DNA of 57,344 nucleotides, taken from NCBI GenBank assembly GCA_041580375.1, contig JBFGDZ010000001.1, positions 1 to 57,344 on the forward strand. The letters run 5' to 3'. The notes beneath the pieces were generated by a model. The model ran no database searches. It saw only the letters and a list, made by a program, of their open reading frames with translations, and was not told where the DNA came from. Both the position numbers and the translations under genes were made by a program. This document shows positions 10,156-21,777 of the stretch, piece by piece (positions within the stretch are counted from its first letter, which is position 1; every line of letters begins with the position of its first letter). This DNA comes from Candidatus Polarisedimenticolia bacterium. GTDB taxonomy: Bacteria; Acidobacteriota; Polarisedimenticolia; Gp22-AA2.

Positions 10156-10917
10156 TCAGTCGCCCCGGCCCCGGAGCAGATTGAAGATGTCCACAGGCAC
10201 CGGGAACAGGATGGTCGAGTTCTTCTCGGTCGCGATCTCCGTCAGAGTCTGAAGGTAGCGCAGCTGGATCGTCGTCGGATTTTTGGAGATCTTGTCGGCC
10301 GCGTTGGCCAGCTGCTCCGACGCCTGCATCTCGCCTTCCGCGTGGATGATCTTCGCGCGCTTCTCGCGCTCCGCCTCCGCCTGCTTGGCCATCGCGCGCT
10401 GCATCTCGGGGGGCAGGTCGACGTGTTTGACCTCGACCGCCGAGACCTTGACGCCCCAGGGATCCGTGTGCCGGTCGAGGATCTCCTGCAGCTGGGCGTT
10501 GAGCCGCTCCCTCTGGCTGAGCAGATCGTCCAGTTCCACCTGGCCGAGGACGGACCGCAGCGTCGTCTGGGCCAGCTGCGAGGTGGCGTAATGGAACTGC
10601 TCCACCTCGACGACGGCCTTGCGCGGCTCGAGGACGCGGTAGTAGATGACCGCGTTCACCTTCACGGAGACGTTGTCGCGGGTGATGACGTCCTGGGGCG
10701 GCACGTCGTGCACGACGGTCCGAAGCGAGACGCGCACCATGCGATCGATCGGGAACAGCACGATGATGATGCCCGGCCCCTTCGCCTGCGGCAACAGCCG
10801 TCCGAGGCGGAAGATGACGCCCCGCTCGTATTCGTTTAGGATCTTGATGCTCGAGATGAGCCACAGGACGATCAGCAGGACGACCGTGAGGAACGGTGCC
10901 GAGATGAATCCCGTCAT
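10156..10917 (-). CDS. SPFH/band-7 (stomatin-like) membrane protein
   Basis: 253 aa. N-terminal TM helix, then [18 protein letters not shown]...[16 protein letters not shown]...TLRSVLG...[12 protein letters not shown], typical of prokaryotic stomatin. Confidence 0.93.
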   Translation of the reverse strand: MTGFISAPFLTVVLLIVLWLISSIKILNEYERGVIFRLGRLLPQAKGPGIIIVLFPIDRMVRVSLRTVVHDVPPQDVITRDNVSVKVNAVIYYRVLEPRKAVVEVEQFHYATSQLAQTTLRSVLGQVELDDLLSQRERLNAQLQEILDRHTDPWGVKVSAVEVKHVDLPPEMQRAMAKQAEAEREKRAKIIHAEGEMQASEQLANAADKISKNPTTIQLRYLQTLTEIATEKNSTILFPVPVDIFNLLRGRGD

Positions 10918-10945
10918 GAAACCTCCTCCGCGCCCGCCCGGCGCG

Positions 10946-12255
10946 TCATGGTATCTCCTCCACGTCCAGGCGCAGCGCGTCCACGCGCGTGACGCGTACC
11001 CGGGCGCCCTTGCGCACCGGCCGGTCGGCCCGCGCGTTCCAGTACTCCCCGTGCACGAACACCCTCCCCTCGGGATCGAGATCGGTCAGCGCCAGCCCCA
11101 CCTCGCTCACGAGCCCGGAGGCGCCGCTCACCGATCGGCTGCGCCAGGCGCGCACGACGAGGCCGGTCAGGATCGACATCAGGAGCGCGGCCGTGATGGC
11201 CACCCCCAGGATGGTGCCTCGGGCCGCCTCCAGTCCGGGGATCCCCTCCGCCTCGCGGAACAGCAGCAGGGCGCCGAACACGAGGCACCCGATCCCGCCC
11301 AGCGTGAGCAGTCCGTAGCTCGTGATCTTGATCTCCAGGACGAACAGCACGATCCCCAACAGGATCAGGATGACTCCGACCCAGTTCACCGGCAGCGCCT
11401 GCGAGGCGAGGACGAACAGCAGGAGGCAGATTCCCCCGATGACGCCGGGGGCGATCAGTCCGGGGTGCGTGAACTCGATGTACAGGCCGAGCAGCCCCAG
11501 CAGGAACAGCGTCACGGCGACGACGGGATCCGCGAGCCGGCTGAGGAAGCGCTCCCGTCCGCTCATGTCCAGGGACTCGATCCGGACACGCGCCAGGTTC
11601 AGCGTCTGCGTGCTGCCGTTGAACCGGAGGATCTGCTTGCCGTCGAGGATCTCCAGGATCTCCCCCTCCGTGCTGCTGATGTAGTCGATCAGGCCCAGGG
11701 AGAGCGCCTCGCGCTCGGTGAAGGAGCGGCTCTCGCGCACGGCCTCCTCCGCGGCCTCGGCGTCGCGGCCGCGATTCGTCGCCAGCGATCGGGCGTAGGC
11801 GGCCGCGTCATTCTCGATCTTGGCGTTCAGCGGCGAGCCTTCGGGGATCTCGCCCAGCCCGAGGACGGGGTGCGCCGCGCCGATGCGCGTGCCCGGCGCC
11901 ATGACCGCGACGTCGGCGGAGATGGTGAGAAAGAACCCGGCGCTCGCGGCCTTGCTGCCGTTGACGAAGACGACCACCGGCACCTTCGACGTCGTGATGG
12001 CGCTGATCATGTCCTCCATGGCGTTCATCATCCCGCCCGGCGTGTTGAGCTTCAGGATGAACAGGGCCGCCTCCGCCTCGTTGGCCGTCTTGATCGATTC
12101 GATCAGGAAGTTCGCCGTGATCCGGTGGATGACGTCGTCGATCGTGATCGTGTAGACGAGGGCCTCCTCCGGCGCCGTCGAGGAGGCCGTCGCCGACAGT
12201 CCCAGCAGGAGGATGAAGAGCGCCAGACGCGTGCGCCGACCGGACCGCCGATGGG

Positions 12256-12259
<4 letters not shown>
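10946..12259 (-). CDS. NfeD-family membrane-bound serine protease (stomatin operon partner)
   Basis: The ATG at 12259 overlaps the upstream stop (ATGA). Signal peptide, ClpP-like domain ([18 protein letters not shown]...[27 protein letters not shown]), several TM helices and a C-terminal OB-like tail ([13 protein letters not shown]). The longer ORF to 13177 is an out-of-frame extension through the aminotransferase gene. Confidence 0.9.
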
Positions 12260-13451
<1,192 letters not shown>

Positions 13452-13455
<4 letters not shown>

Positions 13456-13946
13456 CCGGACCTCGCGGGCGCGCAGCGCCCCTTAAGCCGATCGAGAACC
13501 TCCTTCGGCACGAGCCCGCTGACGTCGCCGCCGAGCTGCACGACCTGCTTCACCAGACGGCTGCTGACGTAGGAGTAGGCCTCGCTCGGCATCATGAAGA
13601 CGGTCTCGATGTCGGGCCGGAGCCTCCGGTTCATGAGGGCCATCTGAAACTCGTACTCGAAATCGGACAGCGCGCGCAGCCCCCGCACGATCGCCGTCGC
13701 CCCGCGCGATCGGACGTAGTCCACGAGCAGGCCGTCGAACGACTCGACGCGGACGTTCGGCAGGCGGCCGACCACGGCTCGCAGGATCTCGGTGCGCTCC
13801 TCCACCGAGAAGAACGGCTCCTTGTCGGGATTCCCGAGGACCGCGACGATGATCTCGTCGAACAGGCGGTGGCCGCGCGTGATGATGTCCAGGTGCCCGT
13901 TCGTGATCGGGTCGAAGGTGCCCGGATAGACGGCGATGACCTTCAT
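13452..13946 (-). CDS. coaD: Phosphopantetheine adenylyltransferase
   Basis: 164 aa. [22 protein letters not shown]...[25 protein letters not shown] is the CoaD signature. Its stop overlaps the aminotransferase start (ATGA). Confidence 0.95.
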
Positions 13947-13971
13947 GGCCCTTGCATCTCCCGCGTTCCGC

Positions 13972-15687
13972 TCATTTCGGGGCCGCCCGCTCGAGCATGT
14001 CCGCCGCGTGCCGCAGCGCGGTGTTCGTCACCCGCTCTCCGGCCAGCATGCGCGCGAGCTCGCGCACCCGCCCGGCCCCGTCCAGCGACTCGAGGGTCAC
14101 CTCGGTGCGCCCCCGCGTCGCCCGCTTGGCCACCGCCACGTGGTGATCGGCCTGCGACGCGATCTGGGGCAGATGCGTCACGCAGAGGACCTGATGGGTG
14201 CGCGCGATCTCCCGGAGCTGGCGGCCGACGGCTTCCGCCACCGCCCCGCCGATGCCCGCGTCCACCTCGTCGAACACCAGGGTCCGCGCCTCGGCCTTCC
14301 GTCTCAGGACGACCTCCAGCGCCAGCATCATACGCGACAACTCGCCCCCCGATGCGACCGAGGCGAGCGGGCGCATCGCCTCGCCCACGTTCGCCGAGAG
14401 AAAGAATTCCACCACGTCGTATCCCGCCCCGTCAACGGCAACCTCCTCACCCTCGACCCACAAACCGCTGCCCGGGGCGGCCCGCGCGCGGAAATCGACG
14501 GCGAATCTCGTCCGGCCCATGCCCAGATCCGCGAGCGCCCGCTCCACGCTCTTCTCCAGCGCGGCGCCCGCCCGCTTCCTCCGGCGCGACAGATCGGCGG
14601 CGATGGCCAGCGCCGCAGCCCGCAGGTCCTCCACGCGCCGCTCCAGGTCCGAGACCGATTCCGATCCGTCCGTGAGCTGCCCGAGCTCCGCGGCGGCGGC
14701 CTCCCGGTAGGCCAGGATCCCCTCCTCGCTGCCTCCCGGCGCGTACTTGCGCAGGAGGGCATCGATCGCGACGAGCCGCTCCTCGATCGCCTCCAGTCGC
14801 GAGGGGTCGAAGCTGAGACGCGACGGATAGTCGCGCAGGGCGATGGCCAGCTCCTGCAGGTCGGCGCGCGCCGACTCGGCGCGCTCCACGCTCTCGCGGA
14901 TCGATTCGTCGAACCGGCCGACCGCGCGCGCGTCCCGGATCGCCTCCGCGATCAGGCCCAGAGCCGCCGTCTCGCCCGCGTAGAGCGCCTCGTGCGCGGA
15001 CTCGCATTGCTTCAGAATGGTCTCCGCGTTGCGCTGCAGCTCCCTCTCCGCGAGAAGATCCGCGCGCTCCCCGGCCCGGAGCCCGGCCCGATCGATCTCG
15101 TCGACCTGGAACCTCAGGAGGTCCACCCGCTGCGCGAGCCTCTGCGATCCCTCACGCATCGTCGCGAGCCGCTCCATGGCCGCGGACAGACGGCGCGCCG
15201 CCTCCCGCATCGGCTCGAGTTCCCCATCGAGGCCCGCCTGGCGATCGAGCAGGCCGCGATGCCGCGCGGGATCCAGAAGCGTCTGGTGCTGGTGCTGCCC
15301 GTGAACGTCGACGAGGAGGACGCCCAGCGCCCGGAGGTCGGCGAGCGGAGACAGCGCCCCTCCGATGAAGGCCCGTCCCTTCCCCTGCGCAGCGACCTCG
15401 CGCCGCACGACGATCGAGCCGTCCTCCGGCTCGTAGCCGCGATCCCGGAGAAACGCCGCCGCCGCGCGGTTGCCCGCCAGATCGACGACTACCTCGACCG
15501 AGGCCCTGTCGGCGCCCGACCGCACGACGTCGGCGCCGGCCCGGCCCCCCGCGACCAGAAGCAGCGCGTCGACGAGGATCGACTTGCCGGCGCCGGTCTC
15601 GCCCGTGAGGAGATTCAGGCCCGGCCCGAGATCGAGGGTGGCCTCCCGGACGATGGCGAGATTCTTGATGTGGACGCAACGGATCAT
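13972..15687 (-). CDS. recN: DNA repair protein RecN
   Basis: 571 aa. N-terminal Walker A ([17 protein letters not shown]), a long coiled coil, and the C-terminal [12 protein letters not shown]...[12 protein letters not shown] signature. Confidence 0.95.
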   Translation of the reverse strand: MIRCVHIKNLAIVREATLDLGPGLNLLTGETGAGKSILVDALLLVAGGRAGADVVRSGADRASVEVVVDLAGNRAAAAFLRDRGYEPEDGSIVVRREVAAQGKGRAFIGGALSPLADLRALGVLLVDVHGQHQHQTLLDPARHRGLLDRQAGLDGELEPMREAARRLSAAMERLATMREGSQRLAQRVDLLRFQVDEIDRAGLRAGERADLLAERELQRNAETILKQCESAHEALYAGETAALGLIAEAIRDARAVGRFDESIRESVERAESARADLQELAIALRDYPSRLSFDPSRLEAIEERLVAIDALLRKYAPGGSEEGILAYREAAAAELGQLTDGSESVSDLERRVEDLRAAALAIAADLSRRRKRAGAALEKSVERALADLGMGRTRFAVDFRARAAPGSGLWVEGEEVAVDGAGYDVVEFFLSANVGEAMRPLASVASGGELSRMMLALEVVLRRKAEARTLVFDEVDAGIGGAVAEAVGRQLREIARTHQVLCVTHLPQIASQADHHVAVAKRATRGRTEVTLESLDGAGRVRELARMLAGERVTNTALRHAADMLERAAPK

Positions 15688-15748
15688 GAAGGAGGTGCCG
15701 TCCGCGCGGGCCCCAACGCGACGCGATGCTAACAGGGGGGATCTCAGG

Positions 15749-15777
15749 TTGTCAAGGAATGGACCGTGTGCTAACTT
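15749..15777 (+). promoter_or_regulatory. Possible sigma70-type promoter for the tol-pal gene block
   Basis: TTGTCA, 17 nt, then TAACTT in the recN/tolQ divergent intergenic region, about 60 nt upstream of the tolQ ATG. Pattern match only. Confidence 0.3.
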
Positions 15778-15839
15778 ACGTGCGATGTGAACGTTGCGCC
15801 ATTTCGCCCCCGTTCGAGGGCGGGAGGTCCCACTTCAAC

Positions 15840-16631
15840 ATGACAGAGTTTTTCGGCTCGACGCCGCTGGCCGCCGCGGCCGGACAGGGCTTCCAGGGCG
15901 ATCTGCTCAGCCTGGTCGCCGAGTCCGGCACCTTCGTCAAGATCATCCTCGTGCTCCTGTTCGGTTTCTCGGTCCTCTCCTGGGCGGTGATCATCGAGCG
16001 CGTCCGCGCGTTCAACCGCGCCGAGCGCGACTCGGAGGCTTTCCTCAACGATCTCGAGAAGGAGAACCGGCTGACCGACCTGAGGGATCGCGCCACGCGC
16101 TACGGCGCCAGTCCCCTCGTGCCGATCTTCCTGGAGGGGTTCCGCGAGCTGACCGGGGCGGTGGCCGAGGGCGTGCAGCGGCTGCGCGCCGGCGGCGCCG
16201 TTCCGGACGACTCGCGCGAGCGCACCATCGCGCGCGTCAGACGCCGCCTGGAGGAGAGCGCCGCCGCGCAGGCGGACGATCTCGATCGCCACCTCGGGAT
16301 CCTGGCGACGACCGGGAGCGTCACGCCGTTCATCGGCCTGTTCGGCACCGTCATCGGCATCATGAACGCGTTCCAGGGGATCGGCATCGCCGGCACGGCG
16401 AACCTGGCCGCCGTCGCCCCCGGCATCTCCGAGGCCCTCGTCGCCACCGCCGCCGGGTTGTTCGCGGCGATACCGGCCGTCGTGGCCTACAATCACCTGC
16501 TCGCCCGCGCCCGGCGCCTGGGCGGGCGGATCGAGAGGTTCGTCCTGGCCTTCTCGACCATCACCGAGGCGCAGATCGACGCGAGCCGCGTCCCCCAGGC
16601 TCCCGTCGAAGCGAGCCAGCTCCGGATTTGA
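15840..16631 (+). CDS. tolQ: Tol-Pal system protein TolQ (MotA/TolQ/ExbB proton channel)
   Basis: The ATG at 15840 follows GGGAGG. Three TM segments and the conserved LATTGSVTPFIGLFGTVIGIMNAF...APGISEALVATAAGL motif. It is the first gene of a tolQRAB-pal-ybgF run. Confidence 0.9.
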   Translation: MTEFFGSTPLAAAAGQGFQGDLLSLVAESGTFVKIILVLLFGFSVLSWAVIIERVRAFNRAERDSEAFLNDLEKENRLTDLRDRATRYGASPLVPIFLEGFRELTGAVAEGVQRLRAGGAVPDDSRERTIARVRRRLEESAAAQADDLDRHLGILATTGSVTPFIGLFGTVIGIMNAFQGIGIAGTANLAAVAPGISEALVATAAGLFAAIPAVVAYNHLLARARRLGGRIERFVLAFSTITEAQIDASRVPQAPVEASQLRI

Positions 16632-16659
16632 GCGCCCCCGAGCGCACGACGAAGACGCC

Positions 16660-17108
<449 letters not shown>

Positions 17109-17112
<4 letters not shown>

Positions 17113-17957
17113 GCCGCGGGACGATCCGGCTCGTGAAGTCCACCGCGCCCCCGCGCGGGTGGAGGCGGATGCTGATCTTCTCCCTGGCGCTGCACCTGGC
17201 CGGCTTCGGGGCCGCGATCGGGCTGCCGCGGCTGCTGCCGCGCGCCGGCCCCGGGAATCCCGTCTACGTCGTGGATCTCGTCTCGCTACCCGCCCCGGCG
17301 CCGATCCGCAGGCGGGGGGGCGAGCGCGCGGCGCCGCGCGAGATGAGCGCGCCGCCCGCGGCCCCTAAGGAGGAGAAGCCGATCCCGATCCCCGATCGGC
17401 CGAAGCCGACCCCCGAGCCGAAGAAAGAGATCCCCAGGCCGGAGCCCAAGAAAGAGGTTCCGAAGCCGGAGCCTAAGAAGCCGGCGGAGCCACCGCCCGA
17501 GTCGGCGCCCCCGGAGCCCGCCAAGAGCGAGCCGGCGACGGCGGCCGGAGCGGGGGCGGAGCGGGGACCGCTCGACGGGGCCGGCCCGGCGTCCGCGATC
17601 GGGGGGACCGGGTCCGCCACGATCGGCGTGCCCGGTGGCGAGGGGACGCTGCTGGGGGACGCCTACACGTTTTACTTCGCCCTCCTGCGGCGTCGGATCG
17701 AGATGAGCTGGCAGAAGCCGATCTATCCGCCCGAGTTCACCGACCGCCGCACGCTCGTCGTCACCGTCCGCCTCGGCCTCAGCAGCGGCGGCCGCGTCAC
17801 CGCGCTGGAGCTGCTCACGCCGAGCGGGTACGACGCGCTGGACCGATCGATCCTGCGGGCGGTGCGGGAGGCGCAGCCGTTCCCGCCCTTCCCTCCCCAG
17901 ATCACGCGCTCGTCGATCACAGTTCCGGTCGAGTTCGTTCTGCGGGCCCCCGAGTGA
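17109..17957 (+). CDS. tolA: TolA/TonB-family energy transducer (Pro/Lys/Glu-rich linker, TonB_C-like C-terminus)
   Basis: The GTG at 17109 overlaps the tolR stop (GTGA). N-terminal TM helix, a PEPKKE-type repeat linker (KPTPEPKKEIPRPEPKKEVPKPEPKKPAEPP), and a C-terminal domain (GRVTALELLTPSGYDALDRSILRAVREAQPFPPFP). Confidence 0.8.
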
Positions 17958-17967
17958 GCTGACCAGC

Positions 17968-19338
17968 ATGCGCCGAACCGATCGCGTCCCGACGATCCCG
18001 AAATTCGCCGCGCTCGCCGCGGCGCTGTGCGCGACCCTCGTCCCGGCCGGCCCCGCGCGCACCCAGGAGGAGACGTCCCCGCCCGCGGTCGCCGTCCCGG
18101 AGGGGTTCGATCCGGGCGTTCCGACCATCCGCATCGAGGGCGAGGCACGCCGGAAGATCCCGATCGCGATCCCGAAGCTGGAGGCGGACGGCGTGGACGG
18201 CCGCACCGGGGAGATCGCCGAGACGATCCGGCGGGTGGTGCGCGACGACCTCGATTTTTCCGGCTACTTCCACATCGTCCCCGAGGAGTACCACAATCTG
18301 ATCCCGGACGGCGGGGGCCGCCGGATCAACTACAAGGAGTGGCTCGGCATCGGGGCGGAGGCCCTGCTGGTCGGGCGGGTCGATCTGGAGTCGCCGAGCG
18401 TCGTCTTCGAGGGGCGCGTCTACGACACGACGGAGAAGCGGATGGTCGTCGGCAAGAAGTACCGCGGGGAGATCGAGCTGCAGCGGCTCGTGGCTCACAA
18501 GCTGAGCAACGAGATCATCCGCCAGTACACCGGGGAGACCGGCGTCGCCATGACCCGGATCACCTACGTCTCCCAGGTCGGCGACGCCAAGGAGATCTTC
18601 GTCATGGACTACGACGGGGCGCGGAGGAAGAAGATCAGCGCCACCGGCTCGATCAACCTGTCGCCCTCCTGGTCGCCCGACGCCACCCGCATCGCCTTCG
18701 TGTCGTATCGCAGCGCCGGCCCGGAACTCGTCATCCTGGACAACAAGGGGAATCTGCAGCTCGCCTTCCCCCAGGGGGGCGAGCTGAACAGCGCCCCGGC
18801 CTGGTCCCCCGACGGCCGCCTCCTGGCCTTCTCCAGCAGCCGCGACGGAAACGCCGAGATCTACACGCTTCGGATCTCCGATCGGCGGCTCACGCGCCTG
18901 ACGCGCAACGAGGCGATCGACACCTCGCCCGCGTGGAGCCCGAACGGGCGCGAGATAGCCTTCACCTCGGACCGATCGGGATCGCCCCAGATCTACATCA
19001 TGGACGCCGAGGGCTCGAACGTGCGGCGGTTGACCTTCGAGCTGTCGTACTGCGACGCCGCCTCCTGGTCCCCGCGGGGCGACGCCATCGCCTTCGCGGC
19101 CCGCGTCCCGGGGGGTTTCGACATCTTCGTGAAGAATCTCCTCTCCGGCGAACTGCGGCAGCTGACGCGGGAGACCAACATCAACGAATGGCCGCGCTGG
19201 TCCCCCGACGGCCGTCACATCGTCTTCGCCTCCAACCGGACCGGCGGGTTCGACATCTACACGATGGACTTCGACGGCTCCCGGCAGCGCCGTCTCACCC
19301 GCGGCGGCAGCAACTTCTCCCCCTCCTGGTCGCGCTGA
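17968..19338 (+). CDS. tolB: Tol-Pal system beta-propeller protein TolB
   Basis: 456 aa. Signal peptide, then repeated SPSWSPDATRIAFVS / APAWSPDGRLLAFSS / SPAWSPNGREIAFTS / WPRWSPDGRHIVFAS blades. Confidence 0.93.
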   Translation: MRRTDRVPTIPKFAALAAALCATLVPAGPARTQEETSPPAVAVPEGFDPGVPTIRIEGEARRKIPIAIPKLEADGVDGRTGEIAETIRRVVRDDLDFSGYFHIVPEEYHNLIPDGGGRRINYKEWLGIGAEALLVGRVDLESPSVVFEGRVYDTTEKRMVVGKKYRGEIELQRLVAHKLSNEIIRQYTGETGVAMTRITYVSQVGDAKEIFVMDYDGARRKKISATGSINLSPSWSPDATRIAFVSYRSAGPELVILDNKGNLQLAFPQGGELNSAPAWSPDGRLLAFSSSRDGNAEIYTLRISDRRLTRLTRNEAIDTSPAWSPNGREIAFTSDRSGSPQIYIMDAEGSNVRRLTFELSYCDAASWSPRGDAIAFAARVPGGFDIFVKNLLSGELRQLTRETNINEWPRWSPDGRHIVFASNRTGGFDIYTMDFDGSRQRRLTRGGSNFSPSWSR

Positions 19339-19363
19339 CCCCCGGGGGAACGCATGCTATAAT
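19335..19363 (+). promoter_or_regulatory. Putative internal promoter ahead of pal
   Basis: CTGACC, 17 nt, then a consensus TATAAT (19358-19363) preceded by TGC (extended -10-like). It lies in the only sizeable gap (154 nt) of the tol-pal block. Confidence 0.45.
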
Positions 19364-19492
19364 CCACGGCCGCGACGGCGCCCTTTCGGACCCGGCCGGG
19401 GCCGTCAGCTGGCGTGGCCGGGCTGACGCAGTGCATGCTCTGACGTTTCCGCTCAGTCGGGTCGGCTTCCATCGACCGGAGGAGGATTGTCG

Positions 19493-20074
19493 ATGCTTGA
19501 AAGGATCCCCCGCTCCCTGCTCGTGACGGCTCTGATCATCTGCTGCCTCGCGCTGCCGACCGCCTGCAAGTCCAAGCCGCCTGCAGAGCCGGTCCGCACC
19601 TCACCTCCGACGATCCCGCCGCCCCAGAAGGCCGAGCCGGTCGACGAGATGGAGGACTTCAAGGAGCCCGAGCCGAGGGCCGAACCGGTTCGCGAGACGC
19701 CGTCGTCGCTGGCCGCGCGCCTGAACGCCGAGGGAATCGTCGCCCGGATCCACTTCGATTTCGACAAGTCCGATCTGCGCGAGGACGCGCGCCGGACCCT
19801 GATCCGCAACGCCACGGCGATCAGTAAGAGGGAGTACAGCCAGCTGAAGATCCGCATCGAGGGCCACTGCGACGAGCGCGGCACGGTGGAATACAACCTC
19901 GCGCTGGGCGAGCGGAGGGCCCGCGCGGCGCGCGACTTCCTGATCGCCCAGGGGGTTCCGGCGTCCCGGTTGAGCATCATCAGCTACGGCAAGGAACGTC
20001 CGCTCGAGCGCGGCCACAACGAGTCCGCCTGGGCGAAGAACCGGCGCGCGGAGTTCGTGTGGCGGGCCGATTGA
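19493..20074 (+). CDS. pal: Peptidoglycan-associated lipoprotein Pal (OmpA family)
   Basis: The ATG at 19493 is 7 nt after GGAGGAGG. Lipobox LALPTAC, then the OmpA-C domain IHFDFDKSDLR...IEGHCDERGTVEYNLALGERRARAARDFL...NRRAEF. Confidence 0.93.
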   Translation: MLERIPRSLLVTALIICCLALPTACKSKPPAEPVRTSPPTIPPPQKAEPVDEMEDFKEPEPRAEPVRETPSSLAARLNAEGIVARIHFDFDKSDLREDARRTLIRNATAISKREYSQLKIRIEGHCDERGTVEYNLALGERRARAARDFLIAQGVPASRLSIISYGKERPLERGHNESAWAKNRRAEFVWRAD

Positions 20075-20084
20075 CGCGGGAGTC

Positions 20085-21011
20085 ATGATCGAGATCACCG
20101 CCCGAAGAGCGGTCGCAGGGCGGCCCCGCGCGCGGCGCGGGGCCGCCGGTCTGCCAGCGGCCGCCGTCCTGCTGCTCGCCGCGTGCGCCACCCCGGGCGT
20201 TCATCAGATCCAGGTCGATCTCGACAACATCCAGCAGCAGCTGTGGAAGATCCAGAAGGAGAACGCCGTCCTCACGGACGAGGTGTCCCGGCTGCGCGAG
20301 TCGGCGGCGCCGGCCGCAGGAGGATCGGCGGCCGATCCGACCACGATCGTCCTGAGGCTCGAGACGCTCGAGAGGGAGATCCAGCGGCTGCAGTCGCGGA
20401 TGGACGATTCCGACCAGCGGGTCACCGCCGTGGTCCAGGATCTGCGGACCACGAGGGACGCACTGCAGGCGCTCGTGGCGACGCTCCCGGCCGGATCGAC
20501 GCCGCCCGCCGCGCAGCCGGCCCCCGTCCCGACCATCGCCGCCGGATCCGGCGTTCCGGACGCGGGGGGCGCGCCGCCACGGGACCCGTCAGCCGCTCGC
20601 GACCGGCCCGCGGGTGACCCTCCCCTGGCGCTCGAAAATCTCTACCGCCAGGGTTACGCCGATTACACCAAGGGCAATTACGCGCTCGCGCTGCAGGAGC
20701 TGTCCGATTTTCTGGAGCGTTATCCGGACAGTCCCCTGGCCGATGATGCGCAGTACCTCATGGGAGAGGTGCACTTCAGTCAACAGCAGTATCCCGAGGC
20801 GGTGGAGGCCTTCGACCGCCTGGTGAAGAACTATCCGCGGGGTGACAAGACCGGCCCCGCGTTCCTGAAGAAGGGGCTGGCGCTCCTGGAAATGAACCGC
20901 ACCGCCGACGCGGTGGTGCAGCTCCAGCATGTGATCGACACTTATCCCGAGACCGAGGAGGCGCGCATCGCCCGCGAGCGGCTGCGCGGGCTCGGTCTCA
21001 GGGAGAGATGA
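20085..21011 (+). CDS. ybgF: Tol-Pal system protein YbgF/CpoB (coiled coil + TPR)
   Basis: 308 aa. N-terminal coiled coil and C-terminal TPR (YRQGYADYTKGNYALALQELSDFLERYPDSPLADDAQYLMGEVHF...). Sits directly after pal. Confidence 0.85.
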   Translation: MIEITARRAVAGRPRARRGAAGLPAAAVLLLAACATPGVHQIQVDLDNIQQQLWKIQKENAVLTDEVSRLRESAAPAAGGSAADPTTIVLRLETLEREIQRLQSRMDDSDQRVTAVVQDLRTTRDALQALVATLPAGSTPPAAQPAPVPTIAAGSGVPDAGGAPPRDPSAARDRPAGDPPLALENLYRQGYADYTKGNYALALQELSDFLERYPDSPLADDAQYLMGEVHFSQQQYPEAVEAFDRLVKNYPRGDKTGPAFLKKGLALLEMNRTADAVVQLQHVIDTYPETEEARIARERLRGLGLRER

Positions 21012-21033
21012 ACCGGAGGGAGGTACACCCGTC

Positions 21034-21312
21034 GTGGCACGCACCAAATCCGTAATCAAGAACTACCGCCAGAGCCTCAAGCGCAATGAGGTCAACCGCA
21101 CGCGGCGCAGCCGTCTGCGGACCCAGATGAAAAAATTCCGCGCTCTCGTCGAGAGCAAGGACGCCGACGGCGCCCGCAAGGCCCTGCCGGGGACGCTCTC
21201 GATCATCGATCGCTCTCTGAACCACGGCATCATCCACCGCAACACGGCGGCCCGCTACAAGGCCCGCCTGTCCCGGACGGTCGATGCGCTCGGGAGGGGC
21301 CGCCAGGCCTGA
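21034..21312 (+). CDS. rpsT: 30S ribosomal protein S20
   Basis: 92 aa, GTG start. ARTKSVIKNYRQSLKRNEVNRTRRSRLRTQMKKF...IIHRNTAARYKARLSR is the S20 signature. Confidence 0.95.
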   Translation: MARTKSVIKNYRQSLKRNEVNRTRRSRLRTQMKKFRALVESKDADGARKALPGTLSIIDRSLNHGIIHRNTAARYKARLSRTVDALGRGRQA

Positions 21313-21317
21313 AGTCC

Positions 21318-21761
21318 ATGTCGATCGTCCGCATCCGCATCGGTCCACCCAGCGAGGCGGCGGAGCTGCATCGCCGGATGGAGCGGATGATGGACCGTCT
21401 TCTCTACGGCCCGGAGGCGGTCGATCCGCAGCGTGGCTGGGTGCCCCGCGTCGACATCTTCGAGTGCGAAAGGGGCTTCCAGGTGACGATGGAGATCCCG
21501 GGCGTCAGCCGGGACGGCATCGAGATCCTGCTCGAGGGCTGCTACATGCGCGTCTCGGGAGTCCGGGAGGAGCCGGAGGCCTCGGGAGCCGTGCGCTGGC
21601 ATCACATGGAGATCGCCTACGGTCCCTTCGAGCGGATCGTCGCCCTGCCGTGCGAGGTCGACGCGGAGAAAATCCGCGCCAGCTACCGGGACGGCTTCCT
21701 GACGATCGAGATCCCCGAGGGCCGGACCGCGGCGCGGCAGGTGCCGATCAGCGGGAGCTAG
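21318..21761 (+). CDS. Hsp20/alpha-crystallin family small heat-shock protein
   Basis: 147 aa. WVPRVDIFECERGFQVTMEIPGVSRDGIEILLEG...FERIVALPCEVDAEKIRASYRDGFLTIEIP is the alpha-crystallin domain. Confidence 0.9.
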   Translation: MSIVRIRIGPPSEAAELHRRMERMMDRLLYGPEAVDPQRGWVPRVDIFECERGFQVTMEIPGVSRDGIEILLEGCYMRVSGVREEPEASGAVRWHHMEIAYGPFERIVALPCEVDAEKIRASYRDGFLTIEIPEGRTAARQVPISGS

Positions 21762-21777
21762 TTCAAGCGGAGCGCCG

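Noticed and set aside
15688-15839. SOS (LexA) box upstream of recN
   Set aside because: There is no CTGT-N8-ACAG, GAAC-N4-GTTC or GTTC-N7-GTTC-type palindrome. The nearest string (TGTGAACGTTGCG) lacks the required spacing or symmetry.
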